NCBI GenBank assembly: GCA_963814475.1
Contig: CAWFDA010000024.1
Coordinates: 5,685 to 69,684, forward strand
Origin: an uncultured Bacteroidota bacterium
GTDB taxonomy: Bacteria; Bacteroidota; Bacteroidia; AKYH767-A; OLB10
Reading direction: 5' to 3'
DNA: 64,000 nucleotides
Shown: in pieces, positions 1 through 9,201 of the stretch
Layout of the letters: every line of letters begins with the position of its first letter
Position numbering within the stretch: position 1 is the first letter of the stretch
Notes under the pieces: generated by a model
Databases searched by the model: none
What the model saw: the letters and a program-made list of their open reading frames with translations, nothing else
Told to the model about the DNA's origin: nothing
Made by a program: the position numbers and the translations under genes

Positions 1-939
1 CATACCAAGCGTAAGTTGAATTACCAAGCGATGCAACGGGAATTAGAAACAACCGGTGAGGTACAAATTTCCACATCTGATCCTGAGAGTCGCCAGCTCA
101 TTACCCGCAACAACATTACAGAAGTAGCCTATAATGTGCAAACGGTGGTGGATGCTAAGCACTGCATTCCGATTGATTATAAAGTCACTAATGAGAACGA
201 CAGTAAGGCGATGGGAGGCATGCTCAGAAGAAGCAAAGTGATATTACAAAGTAATGAATTTACAGCATTATACGACAAAGGATATCATACAGGAAGTGAA
301 TTTAAAATGGCTCACGATCTTGGCATTGAAGTGATGGTAGCCATACCGTTAGTAGCATCTCATGCACCGGATATCAATTACGATGTATCCAATTTTATAT
401 ATGATAAAAAAGCAGATACGTTTACTTGTCCGCAGCAGCAAGTTTTAGCAAGCAATGGAAGCTGGTATAAACGTGATCGAGGTAAGTCGATAGTGATGGT
501 GAAACATTACAAAACAGGTGCTTGCCAAACGTGTCCGGTGAACAGTTTATGTACAAAGAATAAAGAGGGTCGATTGATAGAACGTAGTGAATATGCAAAT
601 TACATTGAGCAAAACAAACTAAATATCGAAGCCCATCCACAGATCTACAAAAAGCGACAAGCCATAGTTGAGCATCCTTATGGAGTTTTGAAAAGACAGT
701 GGGGCTTCTACTATATTATGACCAAAAGAGGAAAAAAGCGGGCCAGTTCCGATGTTGGTTTTATGTTCATCGCCTACAACCTGCGCCGAATCATGAATAT
801 TTTGAGCCAAGAAGTGCTAAAAAAGTTCCTGGGAGAACTTTGCCTATTATTTTTTGGAATTTTCGACTCATTGAAAGCCATAAGCTTCAAAATAAGGGGG
901 TTACTTTTTCCCAACTTAAACTTTCAACTTCAAAATTAA
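1..939 (+). CDS. IS1182-family DDE transposase, C-terminal ~310 aa (N-terminus off-window)
   Basis: The frame is open from nt 1. It is colinear with the second copy in this window (QISTSDPESR / QISTTDPDSR, DKGYH, KKRQAIVEHPYGVLKRQWGF / RKRQEINEHIFGTIKRKWGY). Confidence 0.8.
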   Translation, partial: HTKRKLNYQAMQRELETTGEVQISTSDPESRQLITRNNITEVAYNVQTVVDAKHCIPIDYKVTNENDSKAMGGMLRRSKVILQSNEFTALYDKGYHTGSEFKMAHDLGIEVMVAIPLVASHAPDINYDVSNFIYDKKADTFTCPQQQVLASNGSWYKRDRGKSIVMVKHYKTGACQTCPVNSLCTKNKEGRLIERSEYANYIEQNKLNIEAHPQIYKKRQAIVEHPYGVLKRQWGFYYIMTKRGKKRASSDVGFMFIAYNLRRIMNILSQEVLKKFLGELCLLFFGIFDSLKAISFKIRGLLFPNLNFQLQN

Positions 940-1000
940 CGTTTGGTAAATCGACTTGGAATGAGCTATATTTGTGAGGTGGCGGGAGTTTTTAGACGGA
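1..1000 (+). mobile_element. IS1182-family insertion sequence, 3' part (left end off-window; right end approximate)
   Basis: Contains a transposase ORF open to the window edge. The right flank abuts the 13-mer CTGACGTTAGCGG (1001-1013), the same 13-mer that abuts the second IS1182-like copy at 10947-10959. Confidence 0.65.
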
Positions 1001-1059
1001 CTGACGTTAGCGGTAATGGTTACGAACATTTATAAAAAAGTAATGGATACGATTGACCA

Positions 1060-1479
1060 ATGCAAATAAAAAAATTAATTATCATATTCCTTTTATTAAC
1101 AATTTCTAATTCTCTAGTTGCTCAGTCAATCGACTCAGAAATAGAGCGCATGAAAATTATAAAAGGACGCATAATTGATGGAAGAAGTGGTGAAGCATTG
1201 CCACTCGTGTTAGTAACGCTTTTCTTTTCTGAAATTGAATATAAAAGTGCAAGGGCAGACTTTGAGGGGTATTTTTATATCCATATTCCACAAGACAAAA
1301 TAATTAATGACAAATCAACTCTTGAATTTATAATTTTTGGTTACAATAAACTATTGATGGATATTCATTTTGACAAAATAAATAGTATGACTGTTAGTAT
1401 GACTGCTGATTCTAGTGGACAAATAACAAAAGAAGAATACGAGAGACTTTGTATAGAAAGATATGAATACGGAGAGTAG
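1060..1479 (+). CDS. secreted hypothetical protein with a CarboxypepD_reg-like beta-sandwich motif
   Basis: N-terminal signal peptide (LLLTISNSLVAQ). The GRIIDGRSGEALPLVLVTL motif is typical of carboxypeptidase-regulatory-like domains. Followed by a strong hairpin. Confidence 0.5.
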   Translation: MQIKKLIIIFLLLTISNSLVAQSIDSEIERMKIIKGRIIDGRSGEALPLVLVTLFFSEIEYKSARADFEGYFYIHIPQDKIINDKSTLEFIIFGYNKLLMDIHFDKINSMTVSMTADSSGQITKEEYERLCIERYEYGE

Positions 1480-1489
1480 GTCGTCAAAA

Positions 1490-1583
1490 CCACTACCGCT
1501 AACATTTAGCCGAGTAGACGAAAAAGCCCTAAGCAAAAGCCCCGTGTGTGTGCGGGGCTTTTTTGTTCTATTCGGTGTTGACT
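1490..1583 (+). other. attC-like site 1 (putative): R''-like CCACTACCGCTAAC, long imperfect hairpin, R'-like GTTGAC
   Basis: 1490-1503 is the reverse complement (13/14) of the block start GTTAGCGGTAATGG at 1006-1019. The outer stem ccgagtagacgaaaaagc / gcttttttgttctattcgg encloses the GC hairpin 1539-1558. Confidence 0.5.
1535..1566 (+). terminator. Rho-independent terminator-like hairpin (GCCCCG-N8-CGGGGC plus T-tract)
   Basis: The sequence is aaaaGCCCCGtgtgtgtgCGGGGCtttttt, directly downstream of ORF 1060..1479. The same hairpin is the tip of attC-like site 1. Confidence 0.6.
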
Positions 1584-1821
1584 GAAACCTGACTGCTAGG
1601 GTACAAAGTAGACCGGAAATTATTTTATCAATTTACTATAAGGAGATTATTTTTGATCGATTGGTGTGTGAATGTTTTCAAAATAGTAGTCGATGGAACA
1701 TTTTAAATGGGTTCATGTGTTATAAAGTGGTTGGAGAAGATGCATAATTCGTAACATGGCACTACCAATTCACACGACAACGTGTCGTTCAAAAAAATAT
1801 ATATGCTACACCGTTATCGTT

Positions 1822-2991
1822 TTAGTCGGATGGGATTTTGCCGGATTGCAGGAGCACGAGACGTCCTTTTTTACAACCGGGACAGCGCATAGGATCACGC
1901 CCGGTACGTTCGATCATTCGTTGGAGGAAAGGTATTTTAGTGAGAGGAGTATGTTGGGGTACTTGCATTTTTTGCAGAATGCGGTTCACACGAATTTTGC
2001 GTTGGTTGTTGCCTAGGTACCCATAGTGCCGTATTTTAACAAAACGAAAGGGTAGAAGATGCTGCTCGAACCGACGAATGAACTCAGGAGCATTCAAGGT
2101 CATCACTTTCTGTTTTGATTTGTCAGCATAATCCTTGTAAGTGAACGTTACATCACCCACATCATCCACCTCTTTGATTCGGTGATTGCTGATGGCTACT
2201 TTGTGGGTATACCTTCCCAGATACTCCATCACCTGGAGCGGTCCACCAAAAGGTTGTTTAGCATGTACGATCCATTTTGTTGCAAATAAGTTGTTTAGTA
2301 AACCTTTCCAGTTGAGCTCTTGTTCATGAGTAAGTTTTAGCTTTTGTTTTTCACGCAGTTTGCGAAGTTGTTTAAGGAAGTACGCTTTGTAGACTTTCTC
2401 CATGGCTTGTATAGGAAACAATACCCCATACTTTGCTTTTTTGGCCGCGATCCACTGATCATCCGCCGTAGCGCCACCACCACTTACAATACAATGCAGG
2501 TGCGGATGAAAACTGAGCGTTTGTCCCCAGGTATGCAGCACGGCGATGATTCCGGGTTTAGCGCCCATATATTTTTCATCATCTGCAAAACGAAGTAACG
2601 TATAAGAGGCAGCATCAAAGAGTAAATCGAACAATTGCTTTCGGTTGCCCATCACCAGAGGGTTTAACTCATGAGGCAGTGTAAATACCACATGGTAATA
2701 TTTACAGGGCAAGAGTTCTTTGAGCCGGGACTCGATCCACTCTTCTTTTTTGGAGTTGCCGCAATTGGGACAATGTCGGTTGCGACAACTGTGATATATT
2801 ACTTGCGTGTATTCGCACCCGTTAGCATTGCATGCGGTGTGGTGGTAACCCATCGCAGCAGTACGACACTGTTCAATTTTACTCAACGTGCGCACGGCGC
2901 CTACTCCAACATGAGCAGGCCACGACGGATACTTTTGCAATACGAGTTGAACAGAGGCGTGCGGGCGACCTACTTGACAGGCGGCTGACAT
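1822..2991 (-). CDS. IS91-family (Y2, rolling-circle type) transposase with N-terminal zinc-binding domain
   Basis: Cys cluster CRNRHCPNC, HTWGQTLSFHPHLHCIV (HUH-like), and YLGRYTHKVAISNHRI (Y2 motif region). Overlaps the upstream recombinase gene by 22 nt. Confidence 0.8.
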   Translation of the reverse strand: MSAACQVGRPHASVQLVLQKYPSWPAHVGVGAVRTLSKIEQCRTAAMGYHHTACNANGCEYTQVIYHSCRNRHCPNCGNSKKEEWIESRLKELLPCKYYHVVFTLPHELNPLVMGNRKQLFDLLFDAASYTLLRFADDEKYMGAKPGIIAVLHTWGQTLSFHPHLHCIVSGGGATADDQWIAAKKAKYGVLFPIQAMEKVYKAYFLKQLRKLREKQKLKLTHEQELNWKGLLNNLFATKWIVHAKQPFGGPLQVMEYLGRYTHKVAISNHRIKEVDDVGDVTFTYKDYADKSKQKVMTLNAPEFIRRFEQHLLPFRFVKIRHYGYLGNNQRKIRVNRILQKMQVPQHTPLTKIPFLQRMIERTGRDPMRCPGCKKGRLVLLQSGKIPSD

Positions 2992-3839
2992 AGCGAGCTC
3001 TGATTAACAGGAATATACTCCAGCGGATTTTTCTTGTGCAAGGCATCCAGCGGACTGACCAGTCCATATCGCTTTTTACTTTGCAGATGCAGGTAAATCA
3101 TGGTGGTTTCGATCTTGCTATGACCTAGTAGCTCCTTGATGGTGTGGATATCGGAACCGTTGTCGAGCATGTGGGTGGCAAAGGAATGGCGGAGGGTATG
3201 CGTATTGTATCCCAGATGAGCCAGATTGGCTTTGACCATGCATTGATGTAAGGCGTGTTGAATGCTGCGCACATGCATGGGTTGGGAAGGAGTTTGTCCT
3301 TCAAAAAGAAAGGTAACAGGCCGATGTTTCAGAAAATAACTGCGCAGGGTATTTAAACACGAATGCGACAAAATGGTAAAGCGATCTTTGCGACCTTTTC
3401 CCTGAATGATTTTAATGCGCATGTTTTTGGAATCGATGTTAACGAGCATTAACTTACTGCATTCCTCTAGTCGAATACCACTGGAATAGAACAACTCCAC
3501 CAGCGCGCGTTGCTTAATCGATTCACAGGCACCTAGTAGCACTAACATCTCCTCCTCACTCATTACATTGGGCAGTTTAAACTCCTTTTTAGGATAGAGT
3601 TTAGAGGGTAATTCGTAAGGTTTTTTTAAGATCTGTTTGTAAAAGAAGGATAAGCTTTGGGCCACACTGCGGCACTTGGCATGACTTGCGTTGAAGGTCT
3701 TTTTGAGGTACAAAATATACGCTTCAATCTGCTGCTGAGTGATCGAACCCGGGTCACAATCAGGATAATACTCGAACAGAAATCGGGCTTCCCTCACATA
3801 ATTACGAATACTCATCACCGAGTAGTTCCCGATGGACAT
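2970..3839 (-). CDS. tyrosine recombinase (Xer/IntI-related phage-integrase family) coupled to the IS91-like transposase
   Basis: Catalytic signature GIRLEE, GKGRKDR, HTLRHSFATHML, LLGHSKIETTMIYLH. The C-terminal SPLDAL resembles integron integrases, but the IntI-specific insertion is absent. Confidence 0.85.
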   Translation of the reverse strand: MSIGNYSVMSIRNYVREARFLFEYYPDCDPGSITQQQIEAYILYLKKTFNASHAKCRSVAQSLSFFYKQILKKPYELPSKLYPKKEFKLPNVMSEEEMLVLLGACESIKQRALVELFYSSGIRLEECSKLMLVNIDSKNMRIKIIQGKGRKDRFTILSHSCLNTLRSYFLKHRPVTFLFEGQTPSQPMHVRSIQHALHQCMVKANLAHLGYNTHTLRHSFATHMLDNGSDIHTIKELLGHSKIETTMIYLHLQSKKRYGLVSPLDALHKKNPLEYIPVNQSSLCQPPVK

Positions 3840-3959
3840 GGTGCCTGCAAGTTGCTCGAGGTATCCCTGAGCAGCCTCATTTAATTTTTTTTTAGTTTCA
3901 TGTTGTTATTTGTTTATATTTGTTGAAACATAAACAAAAATTCCCGAACCGAAGGGAGG

Positions 3960-4063
3960 GTTTCAGTTCAACAGGCAGTTGGACGCCAGGGCCGGCTGGT
4001 GCTATTTGTTTTTTTATTAAATTGGCAGCCGGCCCCGTCGCCAACTGCCAAACCGTTATGCGC
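3960..4063 (+). other. attC-like site 2 (putative)
   Basis: GTTTCAGTTCAAC (3960-3972) is the reverse complement, with one extra T, of the block start GTTGACTGAAAC (1577-1588). GC-rich imperfect stem 3974-4002 / 4024-4049, spacer aaacc, then GTTATGCGC (4055-4063). Confidence 0.55.
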
Positions 4064-4075
4064 AATAATTAATTT

Positions 4076-4774
4076 ATGAATGATAATGTACCTATTCGAG
4101 ATTTTATCTTCCCTTTAATTAAAGCCCGGACTCTCGATGAAGAGTTTGAATATGAAGAATTAATTGGAACTGGGTTCTTAATTGGAAATCGCGGATTTGC
4201 AATCACTGCAGCCCATGTGGTTGAGCAATTAATGGAAGGAGATAGAAATCTGGAAAATATTCAAGCCATTTTCGCTGATGACACCAAATGGTTTGGATAT
4301 TCAATTGAATGTTATGAAAAACATGAAACGGAAGATGTAGCTATTATCAAATTAAAGAACTTTAAAAGAGATTCATTTCTTAAAGTATTGTGCGACAAAC
4401 AACATGCTGCAATTGAATATCATTGTTGGGGGTATCCTCGTGATGTGGCGAAAGAACTCCAAAAGCTTGATGAAAATGCTATGGAACGACCTGATTTAAT
4501 ATTTACACAAGGGTATATCAGAAGAAGAATTAGTGGTCCATTATATCCAACGATATTGTTTAGAGGTGTCGAATTTTACGAATTAAGTGAAACTGTAGGT
4601 CAAGGCAATTCCGGTGGTCCAATAATTTTAAAAAGTCCACCATATGGTAAAGTAATAGGATTATATATTGGTGAAAAAGAACAAGGGAATATTGGTTATG
4701 CTGTAAGAGCAGAAGCATTTGCAAATTGGTCTCCAAAAATTCTTGAAAAGACTATTATTGAAGAGTGTGGATAG
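4076..4774 (+). CDS. cytoplasmic trypsin-like (S1/Trypsin_2-type) serine protease
   Basis: No signal peptide. Catalytic triad contexts are TAAHV (His), EDVAIIKL (Asp) and GQGNSGGPI (Ser). Confidence 0.75.
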   Translation: MNDNVPIRDFIFPLIKARTLDEEFEYEELIGTGFLIGNRGFAITAAHVVEQLMEGDRNLENIQAIFADDTKWFGYSIECYEKHETEDVAIIKLKNFKRDSFLKVLCDKQHAAIEYHCWGYPRDVAKELQKLDENAMERPDLIFTQGYIRRRISGPLYPTILFRGVEFYELSETVGQGNSGGPIILKSPPYGKVIGLYIGEKEQGNIGYAVRAEAFANWSPKILEKTIIEECG

Positions 4775-4931
4775 CTACTCGTAAAACGTCAGCTCAATAG
4801 CTGTTTGTAAATAGGCAATATCCTACCTTTTGCGCTACTTGCCTAATATTCATCGCATTAGAAAATAATTCATATTAGCGAATTACATGCAAATAGTTTG
4901 CTAATTTTTCATTTATTTTAAAAATAGAGCT

Positions 4932-4939
4932 TATATTTG
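4932..4939 (+). promoter_or_regulatory. Bacteroidota -7-type promoter motif TAnnTTTG (TATATTTG)
   Basis: Lies 29 nt upstream of the ATG at 4968. The surrounding AT-rich spacer contains repeated ttgcaaat/atttgca elements. Confidence 0.4.
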
Positions 4940-4967
4940 CAGAATAATTGCAAATAACCAATACTAA

Positions 4968-6311
4968 ATGATTGTCCAATTCTCAGTTAAAAATTATAGG
5001 TCGTTTAAAGACAACTCCATTCTAAATCTTGTTGCATCAAATTACGACAAGAATACTCGTGAAGATTTGAACATATTTAACGTCAGCAAGTATAAATTGC
5101 GACTATTGAAAAGTGCAGTTATATATGGTGCTAACGCAAGTGGAAAAAGTAAATATCTGGAAGCATTAATGTTTATGAGACAATTTGCTTTGAATTCTTC
5201 TAAGAATACGCAACAAGGTGAACCTATTGCAACAGAACCTTTTCGTTTGAGTTCTTCAACTTTAAAAGAGGGTAGTGAATTTGAAATCATATTTCTCTTG
5301 AAGAGTGAATTATATAGATATGGATTTGAAGTAAGTAATAAAAAGGTTAATGCTGAATGGCTCTATCAAAAAAGTAAATCAAAAGAAATAGAATTGTTTT
5401 ATCGAGAGTTTCAAGAAATTAAAACAAATGATATAAAAATTCCTAAAGCTAAAACATTGATTAAAGAGCAGCTGATAAGAGATAATGCATTATTTCTATC
5501 CGTACTTGCACAGTTTAATGACAAACAAGCTGAATTAATATTGGAATGGTTTCAAAATCTAAAAACTATCTCTGGTTTAAAAGAAGAAGGGTATCTAAAT
5601 GATACTATGAAAATGTCACAAGATAATAAACATAAAGAAAGAATTTTATCATTTTTAAAGAATGCAGATATCGGGATAGAAGATTTCAAATTAAAAAAGT
5701 ATGCATTTAATAATTTCGAAGAAGAAATTGAAAAAATGGAAGGGAATGAAAAACTAGATAATGAATTGAAAAGTGCATTGAAAGGCTTAAACTCATACTT
5801 TATGAGAACTTCGAAAGAAGAGAATAGAGAAGTATTTACCGATGTTATTATGTATCATAAACAATTTAATTCAAAAGGTAAATCAATTGGAAATGTTGAG
5901 TTTTCTTTAAAAGAGGATGAATCTTCCGGTACACGGAAGTATTTTGCAATGATTGGACAAATTATACAGGTAATTGAAACAGGTAGTGTTTTAGTAGTAG
6001 ATGAATTAGATTCAAAATTACATCCAAATCTAGTTTGCAGAATTGTTTCACTTTTCAATTCAAAAAAAAGTAATCCACATAATGCGCAAATAATTTTTAA
6101 TACACATGACACCAACCTCTTAAGTTCAGGATTATTTAGAAGAGATCAAATTTGGTTTACAAAACGGGACAACTTTGGGGCATCAATATTATATTCATTA
6201 GCTGATTTCAAAACTGATGAAGTCCGAAAAAATGAAGCTTTTGAAGAAAACTACATAAGGGGAAAGTATGGTGCCGTTCCTTTTCTTTCAGAATTTGATT
6301 ATTTTATTTAA
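4968..6311 (+). CDS. AAA_21 / ABC-type ATPase (AbiLi / AriA / OLD-ATPase-like)
   Basis: N-terminal FSVKNYRSFKD, Walker A GANASGKS, Walker B VLVVDELDSKLHP, H-loop IIFNTHD, and the RRDQIWFTKRD motif. A ~200 aa charged insertion lies between Walker A and Walker B. Confidence 0.8.
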   Translation: MIVQFSVKNYRSFKDNSILNLVASNYDKNTREDLNIFNVSKYKLRLLKSAVIYGANASGKSKYLEALMFMRQFALNSSKNTQQGEPIATEPFRLSSSTLKEGSEFEIIFLLKSELYRYGFEVSNKKVNAEWLYQKSKSKEIELFYREFQEIKTNDIKIPKAKTLIKEQLIRDNALFLSVLAQFNDKQAELILEWFQNLKTISGLKEEGYLNDTMKMSQDNKHKERILSFLKNADIGIEDFKLKKYAFNNFEEEIEKMEGNEKLDNELKSALKGLNSYFMRTSKEENREVFTDVIMYHKQFNSKGKSIGNVEFSLKEDESSGTRKYFAMIGQIIQVIETGSVLVVDELDSKLHPNLVCRIVSLFNSKKSNPHNAQIIFNTHDTNLLSSGLFRRDQIWFTKRDNFGASILYSLADFKTDEVRKNEAFEENYIRGKYGAVPFLSEFDYFI

Positions 6312-6457
6312 CGATTTCCTGAACTGCATATGAAAGAAAAGGAATTAAAGAAGAGCAAAAGGGAAATAAGAATCGAAATCGTTTTTCAGAAACGAAGTTT
6401 AAGCGTCAAACAAATTCTTCACTTGAAAGGACGCCACCCAGTCTTCAAGAAAATCCA

Positions 6458-7078
6458 TTGTATTTGATCTACTGTGAAGGCAAAAATACTGAACCTTCAT
6501 ATTTTAAGAAATTTAAACTCTCTACAGTCACAATCGAATCATTTGGTGAAGGGAAAAATACACTAACACTTGTGGAAAGGGCTAAACAGTTAGCAGATGA
6601 AGCTGAGAAGCAAAATAGGGAGTATGATAAAATCTGGTGTGTGTTTGATGCAGACCCTAAACCAGATAACCCTAATCAATTAAAAAATTTTAATGCAGCA
6701 ATTCAGAAGGCTCAAAAATACGGATTTGGAGTAGCATATTCTAATCAAGCATTTGAATACTGGTTACTATTGCATTTTGAAGACCATCAGGGTGGTGCAA
6801 TGAATAGGAATTTATATGGTGATAAGCTTAATTCTTATTTGCATAAACTTGGTATTGTTTACGAACATAATGGGAATAAAAATGTTAATACAGACTTATT
6901 TGAAATTCTAATGGAAATTGTAAAAACAGATAGAAATGGAAATAATTTTTCACGATCAGATATCGCGTGTATAAGAGCGGAAAAAATATTTAACCGGCTA
7001 GATCATACTAATCCTGGAAAAGAAGAATCTTCAACTTCAGTTTTTCAACTTGTTAAGGAGATTAAGAGCTTCATTTGA
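6458..7078 (+). CDS. RloB-like (Toprim-type) protein, AbiLii-like
   Basis: LIYCEGKNTEPSYF (Toprim Glu), VFDADP (DxD) and YSNQAFEYWLLLHF (RloB signature). The frame is open upstream to 6323, and an out-of-frame ATG sits at 6330. The true start is therefore uncertain: TTG at 6458, or a frameshifted N-terminus. Confidence 0.75.
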   Translation: MYLIYCEGKNTEPSYFKKFKLSTVTIESFGEGKNTLTLVERAKQLADEAEKQNREYDKIWCVFDADPKPDNPNQLKNFNAAIQKAQKYGFGVAYSNQAFEYWLLLHFEDHQGGAMNRNLYGDKLNSYLHKLGIVYEHNGNKNVNTDLFEILMEIVKTDRNGNNFSRSDIACIRAEKIFNRLDHTNPGKEESSTSVFQLVKEIKSFI

Positions 7079-7091
7079 ATACAGTTCGGAC

Positions 7092-7226
7092 CTACTGCGC
7101 ATAACAGCCGGTCTTGCGCAAGGCCGGCCTGAAGTTTTTTACTTTTATTAAATTGGTCCACCGAAACGGGAAAAACCTCCCGCTTCTGTGGACAAGGTAG
7201 GCCAGCCCTGCGCAAACCGGCGGAAC
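7092..7226 (+). other. attC-like site 3, 5' portion (R''-like GCGCATAAC plus nested hairpins), interrupted downstream by an intron and an IS
   Basis: GCGCATAAC (7097-7105) is the exact reverse complement of GTTATGCGC (4055-4063). Outer stem 7106-7129 / 7200-7220; inner stem about 7157-7171 / 7179-7193. The loop shares ttattaaattgg with site 2. Confidence 0.5.
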
Positions 7227-9196
7227 GTGTGTGTCCTGAATCAGGACAATCCAAATATTGAATTGAAAAGAATGCTGTACAAAAGATGGAAGACAGACTT
7301 TAGAGATGGGAAAACGAAAGCGCGGAGTCCAAGCGAACTGAATGGCTGGAATACCTATATCAAAATCTGAACGGCCTTCCAAAGACGACTTTCAGGAGTA
7401 GTCTTCAAACCACCTTATGCTGCATGGATGGAAACATCCTTTGTGGTGAACGATAAGGAAAAACGGGAGCATAAGACTCTTGTAGTTGTGTGATACGGAG
7501 CTGAAGAAATTAAATCAGCTGAATGAAGCCTCGTAAGCGGTTAGACAGTGCTGAAAGTAGACGGTTACGTTTGCGGCTACGACAAACAAAAAGTGTAAGG
7601 GAGACCTGATTTCTGTTTGCATAGCACTCGGGGTAAAGCAGGCAGGACTGTATCACAGGCTTTTGTACGGAACAGGAGAAGTCGATACTGTACTGGTAAC
7701 CAAGAATACGGGAAACAGTCATACAAGGATAGTATGAGATATCGGTGGCAGACTAAGCTCGTAGTAGTGATGAAGTTTCTGAAAGGAAATGGAGCGAAGG
7801 GCTTAGCTTGTTTAGTATTTCAATAATTTACAACCAGCAGCAATGGGATGATTGACTATTATGAAATAAAATCACAACCAATTACCAGAGTGATGGTATG
7901 GCAGGCATACAAGAAAGTACGCGCCAACAAAGGAAGTCGGGGCATAGACGATATGACTTGGCAATGGTTGGATAAAGAACCAGACGTAACCGAACTATAT
8001 CAAACTATGGAACCGTCTAACTTCTGGCAGTTATTTTCCAAAGCCAGTAAAAGAAGTACCCATTCCAAAGAAGAAAGGCGGGAGAGCGTAAATTAGGCAT
8101 TCCAACACTAATAGACCGTATCGCTCAACAAGTAGTCAGAAACACATTTAGAACGAATAGTAGAACCACGTTTTCACAACAGTTCGTTTGGCTATCGACC
8201 ATCGAAGAAATTGTCATCAGGCGGTAGCGCAATCATGCAAGAATTGCTTTCAACCATGACTTTGCTATTGACCTAGACATCAAAGGATTCTTCGACACAA
8301 TTGACCATGAGATTGCTGCATGAAAGCGGTAGCGTTTTACTGTCAAGGACAAATGGGTTTTGCTATACGTCGAACGGTGGCTCAAAGCAGGAATCGTGCA
8401 ACAGGACGGCAAGTATATAGACCGACTAACAGGCACTCCGCAGGGAGGTGTAATTAGTCCGCTACTGGCAAATATCTTTTTGCATGTAAGTTTTGACAAA
8501 TGGATGGATAAAAACCATCCTGAAAAGCCATTTGAACGTTATGCAGATGATGTGTGGTGCATTGCAAAACGGAGAAACAAGCGATATTTGTTTTAAAACA
8601 AATTGACGCAACGACTTCAGTAATTGCAAACTTAGGACTACATCCTGATCAAAACCAGAATTGTGAATCTTGCGAGGAATAGCGGAAAAGAAATACCCGA
8701 AAGAGTTATGATTTTCTGGGATTCACGATCCGACCACACTGGTGTAAGATAAATGGAGACAGCTGATGCTTATGCCAGGCATTTTCATAAGCGGGAAATC
8801 GGAGACTGCCGTACTTGGACAAATTGAGGGCAAATGCACATTCACAAGCGCCGAGTACCTATTGAAGAATTAGCGCAAAGATTTAGACCTATTCTTCAGG
8901 GAATAATGAATTACTACGGCAAGTTTTCAACAGGGCATCATCGGTACATCTGGAATCAGACTAAATGCAAGATTGCTTAAATGGGTAAAATGGGAGAAGG
9001 GGCTATACAAAATGGCATCTTTACGATGGCTAAGGAAAAAGTATAAGGAATCCCTTTACTTTTTCCACACTGGAAATTGGTACATCCATAAAGTATTCAT
9101 ACTTTGGTGATTCAAACAAGAAGAGCCGTGTGAATCGAGAGGTTCAAGCACGGTTCTGTGGGAACGTGAGGGTGAAATTCCCTCGCGTGACCCGAT
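7227..9196 (+). mobile_element. bacterial group II intron, class C-like, with decayed intron-encoded protein
   Basis: Starts GTGTG just 3' of a hairpin. Canonical 34-nt domain V lies at 9123-9156 (GAGCCGTGTGAATC-GAGA-GGTTCAAGCACGGTTC: GNRA loop, 2-nt bulge). A domain VI-like hairpin follows and the element ends ...CCCGAT. An RT ORF lies in domain IV. The 1970 nt length fits IIC introns. Boundaries are accurate to within a few nt. Confidence 0.8.
7848..9110 (+). pseudogene. group II intron reverse transcriptase/maturase, multiply frameshifted
   Basis: Fragments lie in three frames: QAYKKVRANKGSRGIDDMT (7848..), LGIPTLIDRIAQQVV (from 8092), TPQGGVISPLLANIFLH ... YADD (8360..8596), and a maturase-like tail ending at 9110. 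Confidence 0.8.
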
Positions 9197-9201
9197 CAGG
9201 T

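Noticed and set aside
1535-1566. The GC hairpin could be treated purely as a transcription terminator, which would dismiss the attC interpretation.
   Set aside because: The hairpin does look like a terminator. However, it is nested in a longer imperfect stem and flanked by boxes complementary to the block boundaries, a pattern repeated at most (seven of the nine) blocks. I therefore kept both readings rather than rejecting the attC-like one.
2970-3839. The tyrosine recombinase could be the integron integrase (IntI) of the cassette array.
   Set aside because: At 289 aa it lacks the extra IntI-specific segment between the GKGxKDR region and the HxLRH box. It overlaps and is co-oriented with an IS91-type transposase. 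It also lies inside the array rather than at its head. It is still worth a phylogenetic check.
7045-7826. ORFs 7045..7254, 7092..7382, 7188..7370, 7510..7722 and 7617..7826 considered as genes.
   Set aside because: They fall in the hairpin site and in the structured 5' ribozyme part of the group II intron, so they are most likely not translated.
7848-9110. The reverse transcriptase could belong to a retron, a DGR or a defence-associated RT.
   Set aside because: It is embedded between group II intron 5' sequence and canonical domains V and VI. It has a maturase-like tail. No template/variable repeat pair or msr/msd-like structure was seen.
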